A model generated the notes under the pieces. It had not been told where the DNA came from, did not search any database, and worked only from the letters and a program-made list of their open reading frames with translations. A program made the position numbers and the translations under genes. From a virus (taxonomy: Duplodnaviria; Caudoviricetes): a DNA stretch of 43,379 bases. Location: positions 1-43,379 of IMG/VR virus record IMGVR_UViG_3300026512_000025. One strand, given 5' to 3'. This document shows, in pieces, positions 9,071 to 18,002 of this stretch; the first letter of the stretch is position 1, and every line of letters begins with the position of its first letter.

Positions 9071-9855
9071 TGGAAAAATTAATAGTGAACGGGGTTCTTT
9101 GTATTTCAAGTCTTGAAATAGCAAAACTCACTGGAAAACGACACGACCATGTAATGAGAGACATAAACACAATGCTAGAGGAGTTAGGAATAGATGCCCC
9201 CAAATTTGGGGGCATCTATTTAGATACATATAAAAGAGAAAAGCCAATGTTTTCATTACCTGAAAGAGAAGCTATGGTTCTAGCTAGTGGTTATGATGTC
9301 AAGCTCCGTGCAAAACTTGTTGATTATTTCTTAGAAGGTCATCAACAACCACTCAATACTCGTAACACAATTTTAAATGCTGTTGTTGCAAATCAGATAG
9401 CACTTGACAAGTTAGAAGATGAGACAAAAGCTAAACTTGCATTAATAGAAGATAAACAAGAGACTTTTCAAGAAGCAACAGTTGTTGCTTTTGAGCAAGT
9501 TGTCGGTACAGTTGCTTTGATAGAAGATAAAGTGGATGAAACAATTTCAACTCTTACTGATGAGTTGAAAGAAATGATTGGTAATGGTCAAGGAACTATG
9601 GTTGTAAAACAATTCATTAGTATTATGAATTTAGATTTAACATCAAAAGAGTTTAATGAATTGCTACATAATAATGGGGTTTTTGATAACACACTGCTTT
9701 TAAAAGATAAACATATCCCCAATAAACCATATAAACATTTGTTCAAGCACATTACTCAGTATAATGGTAAAACACCATATAAGCTGACTGTTGTCGTAAC
9801 TGGACATGCGTTAGAATTATACAGACTGGTTAAAGTGTTACTTAAGGAAACTTAG
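9070..9855 (+). CDS. Rha family regulatory / antirepressor-like protein
   Basis: SSLEIAKLTGKRHDHVMRDI and LASGYDVKLRAKLVD Rha signature, with coiled coil and a C-terminal antirepressor-like domain. Confidence 0.85.
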   Translation: MEKLIVNGVLCISSLEIAKLTGKRHDHVMRDINTMLEELGIDAPKFGGIYLDTYKREKPMFSLPEREAMVLASGYDVKLRAKLVDYFLEGHQQPLNTRNTILNAVVANQIALDKLEDETKAKLALIEDKQETFQEATVVAFEQVVGTVALIEDKVDETISTLTDELKEMIGNGQGTMVVKQFISIMNLDLTSKEFNELLHNNGVFDNTLLLKDKHIPNKPYKHLFKHITQYNGKTPYKLTVVVTGHALELYRLVKVLLKET

Positions 9856-9863
9856 GTTATACT
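9841..9863 (+). promoter_or_regulatory. Putative promoter for SSB gene
   Basis: CTTAAGGAAACTTAGGTTATACT, near-copy of 7161-7183. Confidence 0.55.
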
Positions 9864-9928
9864 TTGACTTACGAATAATTACTCCCTGATAGTGTTCAAA
9901 GTAAAAGATAAAATTAAAAGGATAAAAA

Positions 9929-10444
9929 ATGAGTAATAAAATTAAAATTAGAAATGCAAGATTAAGTTTTCCAAGTGTGTTTAAAAAAGCTGTTTTTGAT
10001 GGTAAAGAAGGTAAATATGAAGCAACGCTTTTAATCTCAAAATCAGATACAAAAACATATGACGCTATCATGGCTGCAATTGAAGCAGAGAAAAAAGCAA
10101 ATAAAGCTAAAGTAAGTGCAGATAAATTGTTCATTAAAGATGGTGATGATTTTGATTATGAAGGTTATGCTGGTCACTGGGCTATTAAAGCAGGTAACAA
10201 CAAACGACCTACAGTTATAAATCGTGACAAAACACCGCTTGTTGAAGAAGATGATGTAATTTATGCAGGGTGTTATGTTAATGCAATTATTGATACTTGG
10301 TTTCAAAACAATCAGTTTGGTAAAAGAGTAAATGCTAACTTGCTTGGCATACAGTTTGTTAAAGATGGTGAGTCATTCTCAGATGGCGGTAAAGTGGCAA
10401 GTGAAGATGATTTTGATGATATTGAAGACGACGAAGAGTATTAA
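9929..10444 (+). CDS. DUF2815 family single-stranded DNA-binding protein (T7 gp2.5-like)
   Basis: RLSFPSVF, KDGD, YAGCYVNA, GIQFVKDGE, acidic tail ending in an aromatic residue. Confidence 0.9.
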   Translation: MSNKIKIRNARLSFPSVFKKAVFDGKEGKYEATLLISKSDTKTYDAIMAAIEAEKKANKAKVSADKLFIKDGDDFDYEGYAGHWAIKAGNNKRPTVINRDKTPLVEEDDVIYAGCYVNAIIDTWFQNNQFGKRVNANLLGIQFVKDGESFSDGGKVASEDDFDDIEDDEEY

Positions 10445-10600
10445 TATCATTCTTTCCTCGAATAGATAACGAGGTTGGTTTACCATACCCAACATGATAA
10501 GTAAATCCCGTAAAACAACACGGTTGGGTACCTCCTTAGAAATGATACGTGTGTTCTTACTGCTCTCTTAAGCGAGGGCAGTATAGAGTATATGACTCTA
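10445..10600 (+). ncRNA. Candidate multi-stem structured RNA between SSB and PolA
   Basis: Stems 10445-51/10541-47, 10456-60/10470-74, 10486-93/10523-30 and 10558-67/10574-83. Confidence 0.4.
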
Positions 10601-10642
10601 AAACTATCATAAGTGATATAAACACTTTAAAAAAGGAAAAAT

Positions 10643-12259
10643 ATGAAAACACTGTTTTTCGATACTGAAACTGAAGGTCTTTATGGTACTAATCGTTTAG
10701 TGCAATTAAAATGGGAACATTCAGGTGAAGTTATGATATTCGATAGAGATGTAGAAGCTGCTAAATTAGCGCTTAAAGAGGCTGACATTATAGTAGTTCA
10801 TAACGCTTTTTATGATTTTAACTGCCCTGAATTTGAGCAATTTGAGTTTAAAGCCACTATTTTTGATACTTTATTAGCTTGTAAGTATGATAAACCTTGT
10901 GCTAAGAAGTTTGATTTAAAATCTTGTTTACAAAGGTATAATATAGGTACAAAAGGCGAGGAGGGCGCTTCAGATTGGAGTGGAGAACTTACCGCTGAGC
11001 AGATAAACTATGCTGAACAAGACGTTATTCTATTAGAAAAACTTTATCGTAAAGTTATTCACATAGCTAAGAACCCTGCGTTTAAGTTAGATATGCATAA
11101 CTATAAGTTCGCAGTGAACTATTCCCATAACGGGTTTCCTGTATTACATGATAGGAGGTTTATGTTCATATCTAAATATAAAAAAGAATATAAAGAAACT
11201 GCAATTAAACTTCCTAAAGGTCTAAATATAAATTCCCCTAAACAAGTCACTGAATTTTTAGGTGTATCTAAATCAGATAAAGAAACATTAACAGAGTTAG
11301 ATACAGAAGATGCAAGAGTAATATTGAAATTAAGAGGGTTAAGCAAAAAGATATCTACCCTAGAGAAGAAGTTTAATTTCGATAGGGTTAAGTCCTTATT
11401 TAAACCTGCAAATGCAAAAAGTGGTAGATGGACAGCATCTAAAAGAGGAAATAAGACAGGGCAATATCAGAATTTACAACAAATTGATAGAGATTTAAAG
11501 ACTGTGTTCGGGTTTGAAAGTTCAAATGATAGTTATATAGTTGATGCTGATTACTCCTCTTTAGAGATGTTCACAGCTAGTGCTGTGTTTAATTCATCCA
11601 CTATGATGCAACTACTGCTAGAGGGTAGAGATTTACACACTTATACAGCTAGTCAAACATTGAATAAACCTGAAAACTCTATAACCAAATCAGAGAGGCA
11701 GATGGCTAAAGGGCTTAATTTCGGTACTATATATGGTGCAGGGGTAGATGTTGTATCTATCTTTATTCAAACTTACACAGGCAAGAAAATGCCTAGAGAG
11801 CAAGTAGAGAAAGCCAGAAAAGCTTGGTTAGATACGTATTATGATATTAAAGAGTATCATAATAAAATAGGGCGAAAATTTTCAGGTAAGCGTACTTTAC
11901 TTGTTTATACGCCTTTAGGTCGTCCAGTGTGCGCAGAAAGTTATACTGAGGCAATAAACACTCCTGCCCAAGGGTTCGGTGCTGAAGTAACAAAAGTAGC
12001 TATGTTTTTGTTACATAAAAGACTGCCTGATGTTAAAGTTATAAATACTGTTCATGATAGTATAACTTTAGAGGTAGAAGGGTTTGAAACGGCTAAAGAG
12101 GCAGCGTGCATACTTAAACAGTGTATGGATGAGAGTTGGATTAAGTGTAAAAAGTTTATTAGATATACTAATCCAATATTAGAAAAGTTAGAAATGGATA
12201 ACGTAGCGACAGTACATAAAATATATGAGGGTAAAGAGTTATGGAGTACAGAATTTTAA
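10643..12259 (+). CDS. polA: Family A DNA polymerase with 3'-5' exonuclease, no 5'-3' exonuclease
   Basis: ExoI FDTET, ExoII HNAFYD, ExoIII YAEQD. Motif A DADYSSLE, motif B RQMAKGLNFGTIYG, motif C VHDS. Confidence 0.92.
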   Translation: MKTLFFDTETEGLYGTNRLVQLKWEHSGEVMIFDRDVEAAKLALKEADIIVVHNAFYDFNCPEFEQFEFKATIFDTLLACKYDKPCAKKFDLKSCLQRYNIGTKGEEGASDWSGELTAEQINYAEQDVILLEKLYRKVIHIAKNPAFKLDMHNYKFAVNYSHNGFPVLHDRRFMFISKYKKEYKETAIKLPKGLNINSPKQVTEFLGVSKSDKETLTELDTEDARVILKLRGLSKKISTLEKKFNFDRVKSLFKPANAKSGRWTASKRGNKTGQYQNLQQIDRDLKTVFGFESSNDSYIVDADYSSLEMFTASAVFNSSTMMQLLLEGRDLHTYTASQTLNKPENSITKSERQMAKGLNFGTIYGAGVDVVSIFIQTYTGKKMPREQVEKARKAWLDTYYDIKEYHNKIGRKFSGKRTLLVYTPLGRPVCAESYTEAINTPAQGFGAEVTKVAMFLLHKRLPDVKVINTVHDSITLEVEGFETAKEAACILKQCMDESWIKCKKFIRYTNPILEKLEMDNVATVHKIYEGKELWSTEF

Positions 12260-12287
12260 TCTATATAGAACTCGAAAAGGAAAAATA

Positions 12288-12596
12288 ATGGATTTTACAA
12301 GGGAGGATTTAATAAAATATTGTGGCAAGCAACGGGGTTCATCTACATTTATAGCTTTACGTAGAGCTAATCTAGGCTACTGGAAAATGGTTACAAGAGG
12401 TAAGTATGATAAACGATTTGGAAAACATACAAATACCTCATCTACAGTGCATTTTGTACCTGATGAGGTTATATCATTCTTTACATCTCGTATAAAGAAA
12501 GCTAAGAAAAATGCTTATATGTCTCCTAATCCTATGTGGATTACGAACTGGGAAGCAATGATTAAATTAGCAAAACATTTTAAGGATATAAAATGA
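12288..12596 (+). CDS. Basic hypothetical protein (likely start MDFTRE)
   Basis: AAGGA RBS before ATG 12288. Confidence 0.7.
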   Translation: MDFTREDLIKYCGKQRGSSTFIALRRANLGYWKMVTRGKYDKRFGKHTNTSSTVHFVPDEVISFFTSRIKKAKKNAYMSPNPMWITNWEAMIKLAKHFKDIK

Positions 12597-12862
12597 GATT
12601 CACTATGTCAGACATTAAAGAGGTTGCTAACAAAGAGGTAGCATGTAAGTTAACAGCTACATTAGCTAATAAAGTTAATTATATTGTTAAACCAAGGAAA
12701 GGGGATTTTAACCAAACTCGTTGGTATGATTTAGATGAAGCGATAGCTTATTTTAGTAGAACTTTAGAAGGGAATAACAGCAGATATAATCGAATTAGAC
12801 AACAGTATTTGCAAATACTTTTTAAAGTAAGAGAAAATTTAGATTATGTAAAAGGAGAATAA
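12593..12862 (+). CDS. Basic hypothetical protein
   Basis: AAGGA RBS, ATGA overlap. Confidence 0.7.
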   Translation: MRFTMSDIKEVANKEVACKLTATLANKVNYIVKPRKGDFNQTRWYDLDEAIAYFSRTLEGNNSRYNRIRQQYLQILFKVRENLDYVKGE

Positions 12863-12967
12863 ATGACAACTACTGATTTAATAAGCAGAGAATGTCCTAA
12901 CTGCGAAACATTAGTTAGCGAAGAATGGTCATATTGTCCTTATTGTGGCTATATGTTATTTTGGTAA
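12863..12967 (+). CDS. Small zinc-ribbon protein, 34 aa (not in ORF track)
   Basis: AAGGAG RBS, CPNC-x10-CPYCG. Confidence 0.7.
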   Translation: MTTTDLISRECPNCETLVSEEWSYCPYCGYMLFW

Positions 12968-12978
12968 AAGGAGAAACA

Positions 12979-13598
12979 ATGACATTTGAACAAATAAAAA
13001 ACATAAAGAAGTAATTAAATGGTTTTGTGATAATCCAGACAAAGGTGTATGGAGAAAAGATTTTCATACCGGTACTTGGCTTTTTTGCAGACAACCAGAA
13101 TTTAACTATAAAGATACATATGTACAAAATGATGAATATAATGAATATCGAAGAGCATTAGCAGATGGTAAAATAATTCAATTTTATTATAAAATACATA
13201 ATGTAGAACCTAAAATAGAAGGTGAATGGAGAGATTGGAATTCTTATGGGCAATGTTTTGAAGATGCTATTAAATACAGAATAAAACCAGAAGGACCAGA
13301 GTTTAAAGTTGGTGATTGGGTTAAAATTAATACATCTAGTCAAATAATTAAATTAAATGAAAATTCATTTTGTGGTTCTAATATTATATATGACAAAATT
13401 TTAAATGATTATTTTTCATATGAAGATATTGAGTTATGGGAACCTAAAAAAGATGAATGGTGTGTATTTTGGAATAATGATGATAATGAGTATGTAATAA
13501 GAAAAGCAAGAAATTCTCATTCAAACCAAGACGAATATTGTGTTGAATGGGATAATGTTGCACCATTAGAATTTATACAAACATTAAAGGATAAATAG
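12979..13598 (+). CDS. ~206-aa phage protein requiring a -1 shift at A_AAA_AAC (programmed frameshift, phase-variable tract, pseudogene or sequencing error)
   Basis: AAGGAG RBS + ATG 12979 stops after 11 codons. The -1 frame is open for 198 codons (HKEVIKWFCDNPDKGVW...YRIKPEGPEFKVGDWV...) and has no start codon of its own. Confidence 0.75.
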
Positions 13599-13615
13599 CA
13601 TTAAAGGATAAATAG
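13582..13615 (+). repeat. 17-bp tandem duplication CATTAAAGGATAAATAG x2 covering stop codon and RBS
   Basis: Seen directly. Confidence 0.85.
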
Positions 13616-13616
13616 A

Positions 13617-14069
13617 ATGAAAAAATATACAGTAGAATTAACAAAAAAACAATTACAGCAATTAGGAATTGAAGTAGAGCCTGAGTTTACATATCCATTA
13701 GTTAAGCGATGGAAAGATTCAGGAGAAATTGTAAAATTTACTTCTATATCAGAAGGTATTACACTATGGAAAGGTAATAATGGATATAAAGAAGTAGGAG
13801 ATATTTCTAATCTTATTATAAATCATACCAGCGATAAATGGGAAGATGTAGCTTATGATTCTGAAAGAGATTTGTGGGATGGGCAGCCTGTAGAATGCTG
13901 GAGTAATGGAGATACTCACAGAAGATATATCGGATTTTATAATGCTAAAAATAAATCTGTTTATGATTATAAAGGTAAAAGAACAAAGTGGACTTTTGAT
14001 AACTATGAAGCACTCTCGCCAGATAGATACGATGAGTGGATATTAGAAGCGTATAAAACATTGGAGTAA
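13617..14069 (+). CDS. Hypothetical protein (150 aa)
   Basis: AAGGA RBS, operon packing. Confidence 0.8.
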   Translation: MKKYTVELTKKQLQQLGIEVEPEFTYPLVKRWKDSGEIVKFTSISEGITLWKGNNGYKEVGDISNLIINHTSDKWEDVAYDSERDLWDGQPVECWSNGDTHRRYIGFYNAKNKSVYDYKGKRTKWTFDNYEALSPDRYDEWILEAYKTLE

Positions 14070-14074
14070 TAAAG

Positions 14075-14245
14075 ATGGCTATGAAGATATCAGATAAAAT
14101 TGCTATGTACTTTGAACTAGGTTTTGTTATAAGTGATGTAGAACAAAGAAAGCATAACAGTATTTTAAAACGAGTGCTCACAAGACGTAAAAAGTATATA
14201 AAATATCATGCAAAAAGAATCTCAAAACGATTAAAGGAGGAGTAA
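14075..14245 (+). CDS. Small basic hypothetical protein (56 aa, not in ORF track)
   Basis: GGAG RBS, fills the gap exactly. Confidence 0.6.
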   Translation: MAMKISDKIAMYFELGFVISDVEQRKHNSILKRVLTRRKKYIKYHAKRISKRLKEE

Positions 14246-14410
14246 ATGATTAATTTAGAGTTAGTAGGACAAATACTTGCAAACATTGAAGCAGAGGTAA
14301 TATCAGCACTTCAAGATGCAGCGAACACACAAAGCCCTCAGGAACTAATATTGAAACCTGAGTTGCTTGATTTAATTAGTAAATATAAAATTGAAAAGGA
14401 GACAATGTAA
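14246..14410 (+). CDS. Small hypothetical protein (54 aa, not in ORF track)
   Basis: AAGGAGG RBS, TAATG coupling to dut. Confidence 0.65.
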   Translation: MINLELVGQILANIEAEVISALQDAANTQSPQELILKPELLDLISKYKIEKETM

Positions 14411-14970
14411 TGTTTAAAAAAGTAACAGAAGATGCGATACTACCAACAAAAGGTACCAAATACTCTGCGTGTGTGGATGTTTATGCAAATGAGGATGTAA
14501 CTATCGGAGCAGGAGAAACTAAACTTGTAGGGCTTGGTATTGCGATTAATTTTAATAAAACACTAAAATTAATAATTGTTGGTGATATTTGTAAAAAGTA
14601 TAATGATAGATATTTAAACTTTGAACAAGCATTTGATATTTTTTTATCATCTCACTACCTTCAACTAATGTTAAGAAGTTCATTAGCGGTTAAAGGACTG
14701 ATGCTTGGTAATGGTGTCGGAGTGATTGACCTTGATTACAAAGATGAAATTAAGATGATTATTCATAATCCTGTCGGCAAGAAAGTTATTTATGTATCCA
14801 TGGATGGGTGGGGAAATGAGTATGAAAGAGAAGGAAATGAAAGACAGCCATATAAAATCAAAAAAGGTAATAAAATAGGTCAATTAATTCTACTAGAACA
14901 CAAGTCAAGCCTCTTTGGAATTGAAAGTGAGGAAGAGCGTAATGGTGGTTTTGGGAGTACGGGTAAATGA
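14410..14970 (+). CDS. dut: Trimeric dUTPase
   Basis: Motifs ACVDVYA, RSSLA, GVIDLDYKDEI, IGQLI, RNGGFGSTG. Confidence 0.92.
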   Translation: MFKKVTEDAILPTKGTKYSACVDVYANEDVTIGAGETKLVGLGIAINFNKTLKLIIVGDICKKYNDRYLNFEQAFDIFLSSHYLQLMLRSSLAVKGLMLGNGVGVIDLDYKDEIKMIIHNPVGKKVIYVSMDGWGNEYEREGNERQPYKIKKGNKIGQLILLEHKSSLFGIESEEERNGGFGSTGK

Positions 14971-15053
14971 TTGAACCATTGATTTTAGTAGGGGTTTGGA
15001 GTAATTTTATATTGCAACTTATCTGGTATTTAGAAAGTAAAGATAAACATTAA
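14967..15053 (+). CDS. Small hydrophobic peptide (28 aa, not in ORF track)
   Basis: ATGA overlap with dut stop, one hydrophobic segment. Confidence 0.4.
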   Translation: MIEPLILVGVWSNFILQLIWYLESKDKH

Positions 15054-15063
15054 AGGAAATAAA

Positions 15064-16395
15064 ATGCTTGTAAAATCGATGCTCCATCAATATCAAAAAC
15101 GTGCAATAGATTTTATTATAAATAAAAGAAATGTAGCTCTATTTCTAGATATGGGTTTAGGTAAAACCATATCTACATTAACCGCTATAGAAGATTTGAA
15201 ATATAATCGTTTTGCAGTCTCAAAGGTGTTAGTTATTGCACCTTTGAGAGTTTGCAACAGTGTATGGGAGCAAGAAGCACAGAAGTGGGAGCATACTAAG
15301 ATTTTAGATTTTGTTAATCTCTCAGGTGGTAAAACTAATATGATTAAAGGTCTTGCAAGAGATGCAGATGTTTATCTTATAAATAGAGAAAATGTTACAG
15401 CGCTTGTTGAGCATTTAGGTAAAAACTGGTGCTTTGATATGATGGTTATAGATGAGAGTTCATCATTTAAATCACCATCATCAAAAAGATTTAAAGCTTT
15501 AAAAAAGGTTATAACTAAAATCAATTATACTGTATTATTAACTGGTACACCTTCTCCGAACGGTTATATGGATTTATGGTCGCAAATATACCTACTTGAT
15601 ATGGGTGCTAGATTAGGTATGAATATTACAGCATATCGTAATAGATACTTTAATCGTGATTTTATGGGTTATTCTTATGAATTACGATACGGTGCAGTTG
15701 AAAATATTCAAAGTAAAATCAAAGATGTTGTTCTTAGTATGAGTGCTGAGGATTATTTAGATTTACCTGAAGTGATTACTACAGTACAGTATCAAGATAT
15801 GCCTAAAAAGCTTTTAGATGACTATAAAAAGTTTAAAAACAGTATGGTCTTAAGTCTTAAAAATGAAGATAAAATAACAGCTATGAGTGCAGGTGTTTTA
15901 ACAAATAAGTTGCTACAGTTTTGCAGTGGAAACATGTATGATGAAAATAATAAAGTTCATAAGATACACACTTTGAAAATTGATATGTTAAAAGAAATTC
16001 TAGAAGATAACCCATCTGAAACTTTCTTAGTTGCTTATAATTACAAACATGAATTAGAAGATTTACAAGAGCATTTTAAAGAGGCAGTTGTACTTGATAA
16101 GAAAGCTGCTACAGTAGCTAAATGGAACAGAGGTGAAATAAGAATACTGCTAGTTCATCCGGCTTCTGCTGGATACGGGTTAAATTTGCAGCAAGGCGGT
16201 AATAATATAGTTTGGTATGGTTTTACATGGTCGTTAGAGCTGTATCAACAGCTTAATGCTAGATTGAATAGACAAGGTCAAACTAAACCTGTAACGATTA
16301 CACACTTAGCTGTAGGTGATGTTGAGAAAACACTTATGCAAACTTTAGCTAAAAAGGATGTAAGTCAATCTGATTTATTAAGGTCGTTAAAGTAA
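15064..16395 (+). CDS. SNF2-like SF2 helicase
   Basis: LDMGLGKT, VIDESS, LTGTP, GYGLNLQ, QLNARLNRQGQ. Confidence 0.92.
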   Translation: MLVKSMLHQYQKRAIDFIINKRNVALFLDMGLGKTISTLTAIEDLKYNRFAVSKVLVIAPLRVCNSVWEQEAQKWEHTKILDFVNLSGGKTNMIKGLARDADVYLINRENVTALVEHLGKNWCFDMMVIDESSSFKSPSSKRFKALKKVITKINYTVLLTGTPSPNGYMDLWSQIYLLDMGARLGMNITAYRNRYFNRDFMGYSYELRYGAVENIQSKIKDVVLSMSAEDYLDLPEVITTVQYQDMPKKLLDDYKKFKNSMVLSLKNEDKITAMSAGVLTNKLLQFCSGNMYDENNKVHKIHTLKIDMLKEILEDNPSETFLVAYNYKHELEDLQEHFKEAVVLDKKAATVAKWNRGEIRILLVHPASAGYGLNLQQGGNNIVWYGFTWSLELYQQLNARLNRQGQTKPVTITHLAVGDVEKTLMQTLAKKDVSQSDLLRSLK

Positions 16396-16421
16396 AGCTT
16401 AACAATAAAGGAGGTATAATT

Positions 16422-16688
16422 ATGAGTGAAAGTAAAATACAAAAGGAAATAATCGATTATTTAGAAGATAGCGGTTATTATGTTGTCAAAGTTATTAAGG
16501 CTAATAAAAGTGGGGTACCAGATATCCTGTTTTGTAAAGACGGTAAATTTTGTGCTATAGAAGTAAAAGCTAAAGGCAAGAAATCAAATGTAAGTGAGTT
16601 GCAAAAGATACATTTACATTTGATAGCTGCAAGTGGTGGAAAAGCTATAGTTGCAGATAATCTATTTGATGTTATAGAGGAGTTTTAA
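16422..16688 (+). CDS. VRR-NUC domain nuclease
   Basis: ESKIQKEI, GVPDI, IEVK, SELQK. Confidence 0.88.
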   Translation: MSESKIQKEIIDYLEDSGYYVVKVIKANKSGVPDILFCKDGKFCAIEVKAKGKKSNVSELQKIHLHLIAASGGKAIVADNLFDVIEEF

Positions 16689-17119
16689 TGACTAAGACAG
16701 AAGAAGCAAAGAGCGTTATAATACTATCGTTTATAGTATTTTTTATTGATAATTATGTTGATGAAAAAACAAAAGGTAGTGTTATACGAGTTAAACAAGC
16801 TATACTAAGTAAAATTAAAAACAAAAAGTATAATACCTATATTATGTTATCTAATGATGTTTTTAGCAACTTAGTTAAAGAGTACGAGGGTAGAGATATA
16901 GAGGTTTATGCTTGGGATTTAATTGATATGATATATTCAAGTGAACATAAAGTAATCAATAAATTTCTAGGTTATGACCTTTATAGTATTCTAGGTACTA
17001 TGATATATAAAATAACACCTGATGTTTACGATACTGAGGTGCTTAAAACTTCTAGAGCTGTAACAAAGAGCTTAATAGATACAACCAGAAAAATTATATT
17101 TGATAAAGGACAAAGATGA
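16688..17119 (+). CDS. Hypothetical protein
   Basis: GAGGAG RBS, TAATG coupling. Confidence 0.75.
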   Translation: MTKTEEAKSVIILSFIVFFIDNYVDEKTKGSVIRVKQAILSKIKNKKYNTYIMLSNDVFSNLVKEYEGRDIEVYAWDLIDMIYSSEHKVINKFLGYDLYSILGTMIYKITPDVYDTEVLKTSRAVTKSLIDTTRKIIFDKGQR

Positions 17120-17274
17120 GTAAGAGAAATAGAGATAATGAAACGCATATAATGTGTGATGTTGCAACTAAAGAGATGTTAAAAGAGATAGCTAAACATG
17201 AAGAACGTAATCTCAAAACTACATTAGGTAGATTAGTTAGATTAGCTCATGAAAAAATGAAGAATGAAAAATAA
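17116..17274 (+). CDS. Small RHH-like DNA-binding protein (52 aa, not in ORF track)
   Basis: AAGGA RBS, ATGA overlap, strand-helix-helix pattern THIMCD-ATKEMLKEIAKHE-RNLKTTLGRLV. Confidence 0.55.
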   Translation: MSKRNRDNETHIMCDVATKEMLKEIAKHEERNLKTTLGRLVRLAHEKMKNEK

Positions 17275-17458
17275 CTATTATCTGTATGGAGATGCTACAG
17301 TACCTGAAATTCCTAAAGAGGTGGTTAAGGTACGAATTGAGTTATTGAAAAGCAACCTTGCTACTGTACTAGCTGTTAGTTATGCGATTAGGGATAGTAA
17401 TAGGGTTAACGATATAGTTAAGGCTATTAAGTTTTGGGAGAATATTAATGAAAGTTAA
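17264..17458 (+). CDS. Hypothetical protein
   Basis: Operon packing. Confidence 0.7.
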   Translation: MKNNYYLYGDATVPEIPKEVVKVRIELLKSNLATVLAVSYAIRDSNRVNDIVKAIKFWENINES

Positions 17459-18002
17459 GTTGTTGCACACAAATGGATTAGAGTTTGCAGATAGTGCTAT
17501 AGGTTTGTGTTATGATAAAGGTTGTTACACAGATACTGAAAAGCGGGATAAGCGTATAAGTAAGGTAGCACTTAAAAATAAGCACAGTTCTACTATGGAA
17601 TTTGTCACTTTTATTTTTGAGATTGAAGCATCTACTAAAGTATTGTTGGAAATGAGTCGTCACAGAGTAGCGTCTTACGCTTGCAAGTCAAGTAGATATA
17701 CACTTAACAAGGGTGAGATTATATTTGAATCTACTGGAGATGCTGAAGTAGATAACGCTTTAGTCTATTGGAAAGATGCTGTAGAGAGTATGATATCTAA
17801 AGGTAAATCAAATGAGATAACGTCTCTGATGTTGCCACAAGCATACCAGTATCGTTGGCAGGTGCAATTTAATGCTAGAAGCTTACTTAACTTCTTAACT
17901 CTCCGTAGAGCTAAATCAGCACATTTTCAAATAAGAGAAGTTGCAGACGCTATGTATGAGTGTGTTCCTGATGATATGAAATATTTATTTGAGGAAGCCT
18001 AA
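17448..18002 (+). CDS. thyX: Flavin-dependent thymidylate synthase
   Basis: RHRVASYACKSSRY signature, HSSTME, NARSLLNFLTLR, AHFQIR. Confidence 0.9.
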   Translation: MKVKLLHTNGLEFADSAIGLCYDKGCYTDTEKRDKRISKVALKNKHSSTMEFVTFIFEIEASTKVLLEMSRHRVASYACKSSRYTLNKGEIIFESTGDAEVDNALVYWKDAVESMISKGKSNEITSLMLPQAYQYRWQVQFNARSLLNFLTLRRAKSAHFQIREVADAMYECVPDDMKYLFEEA

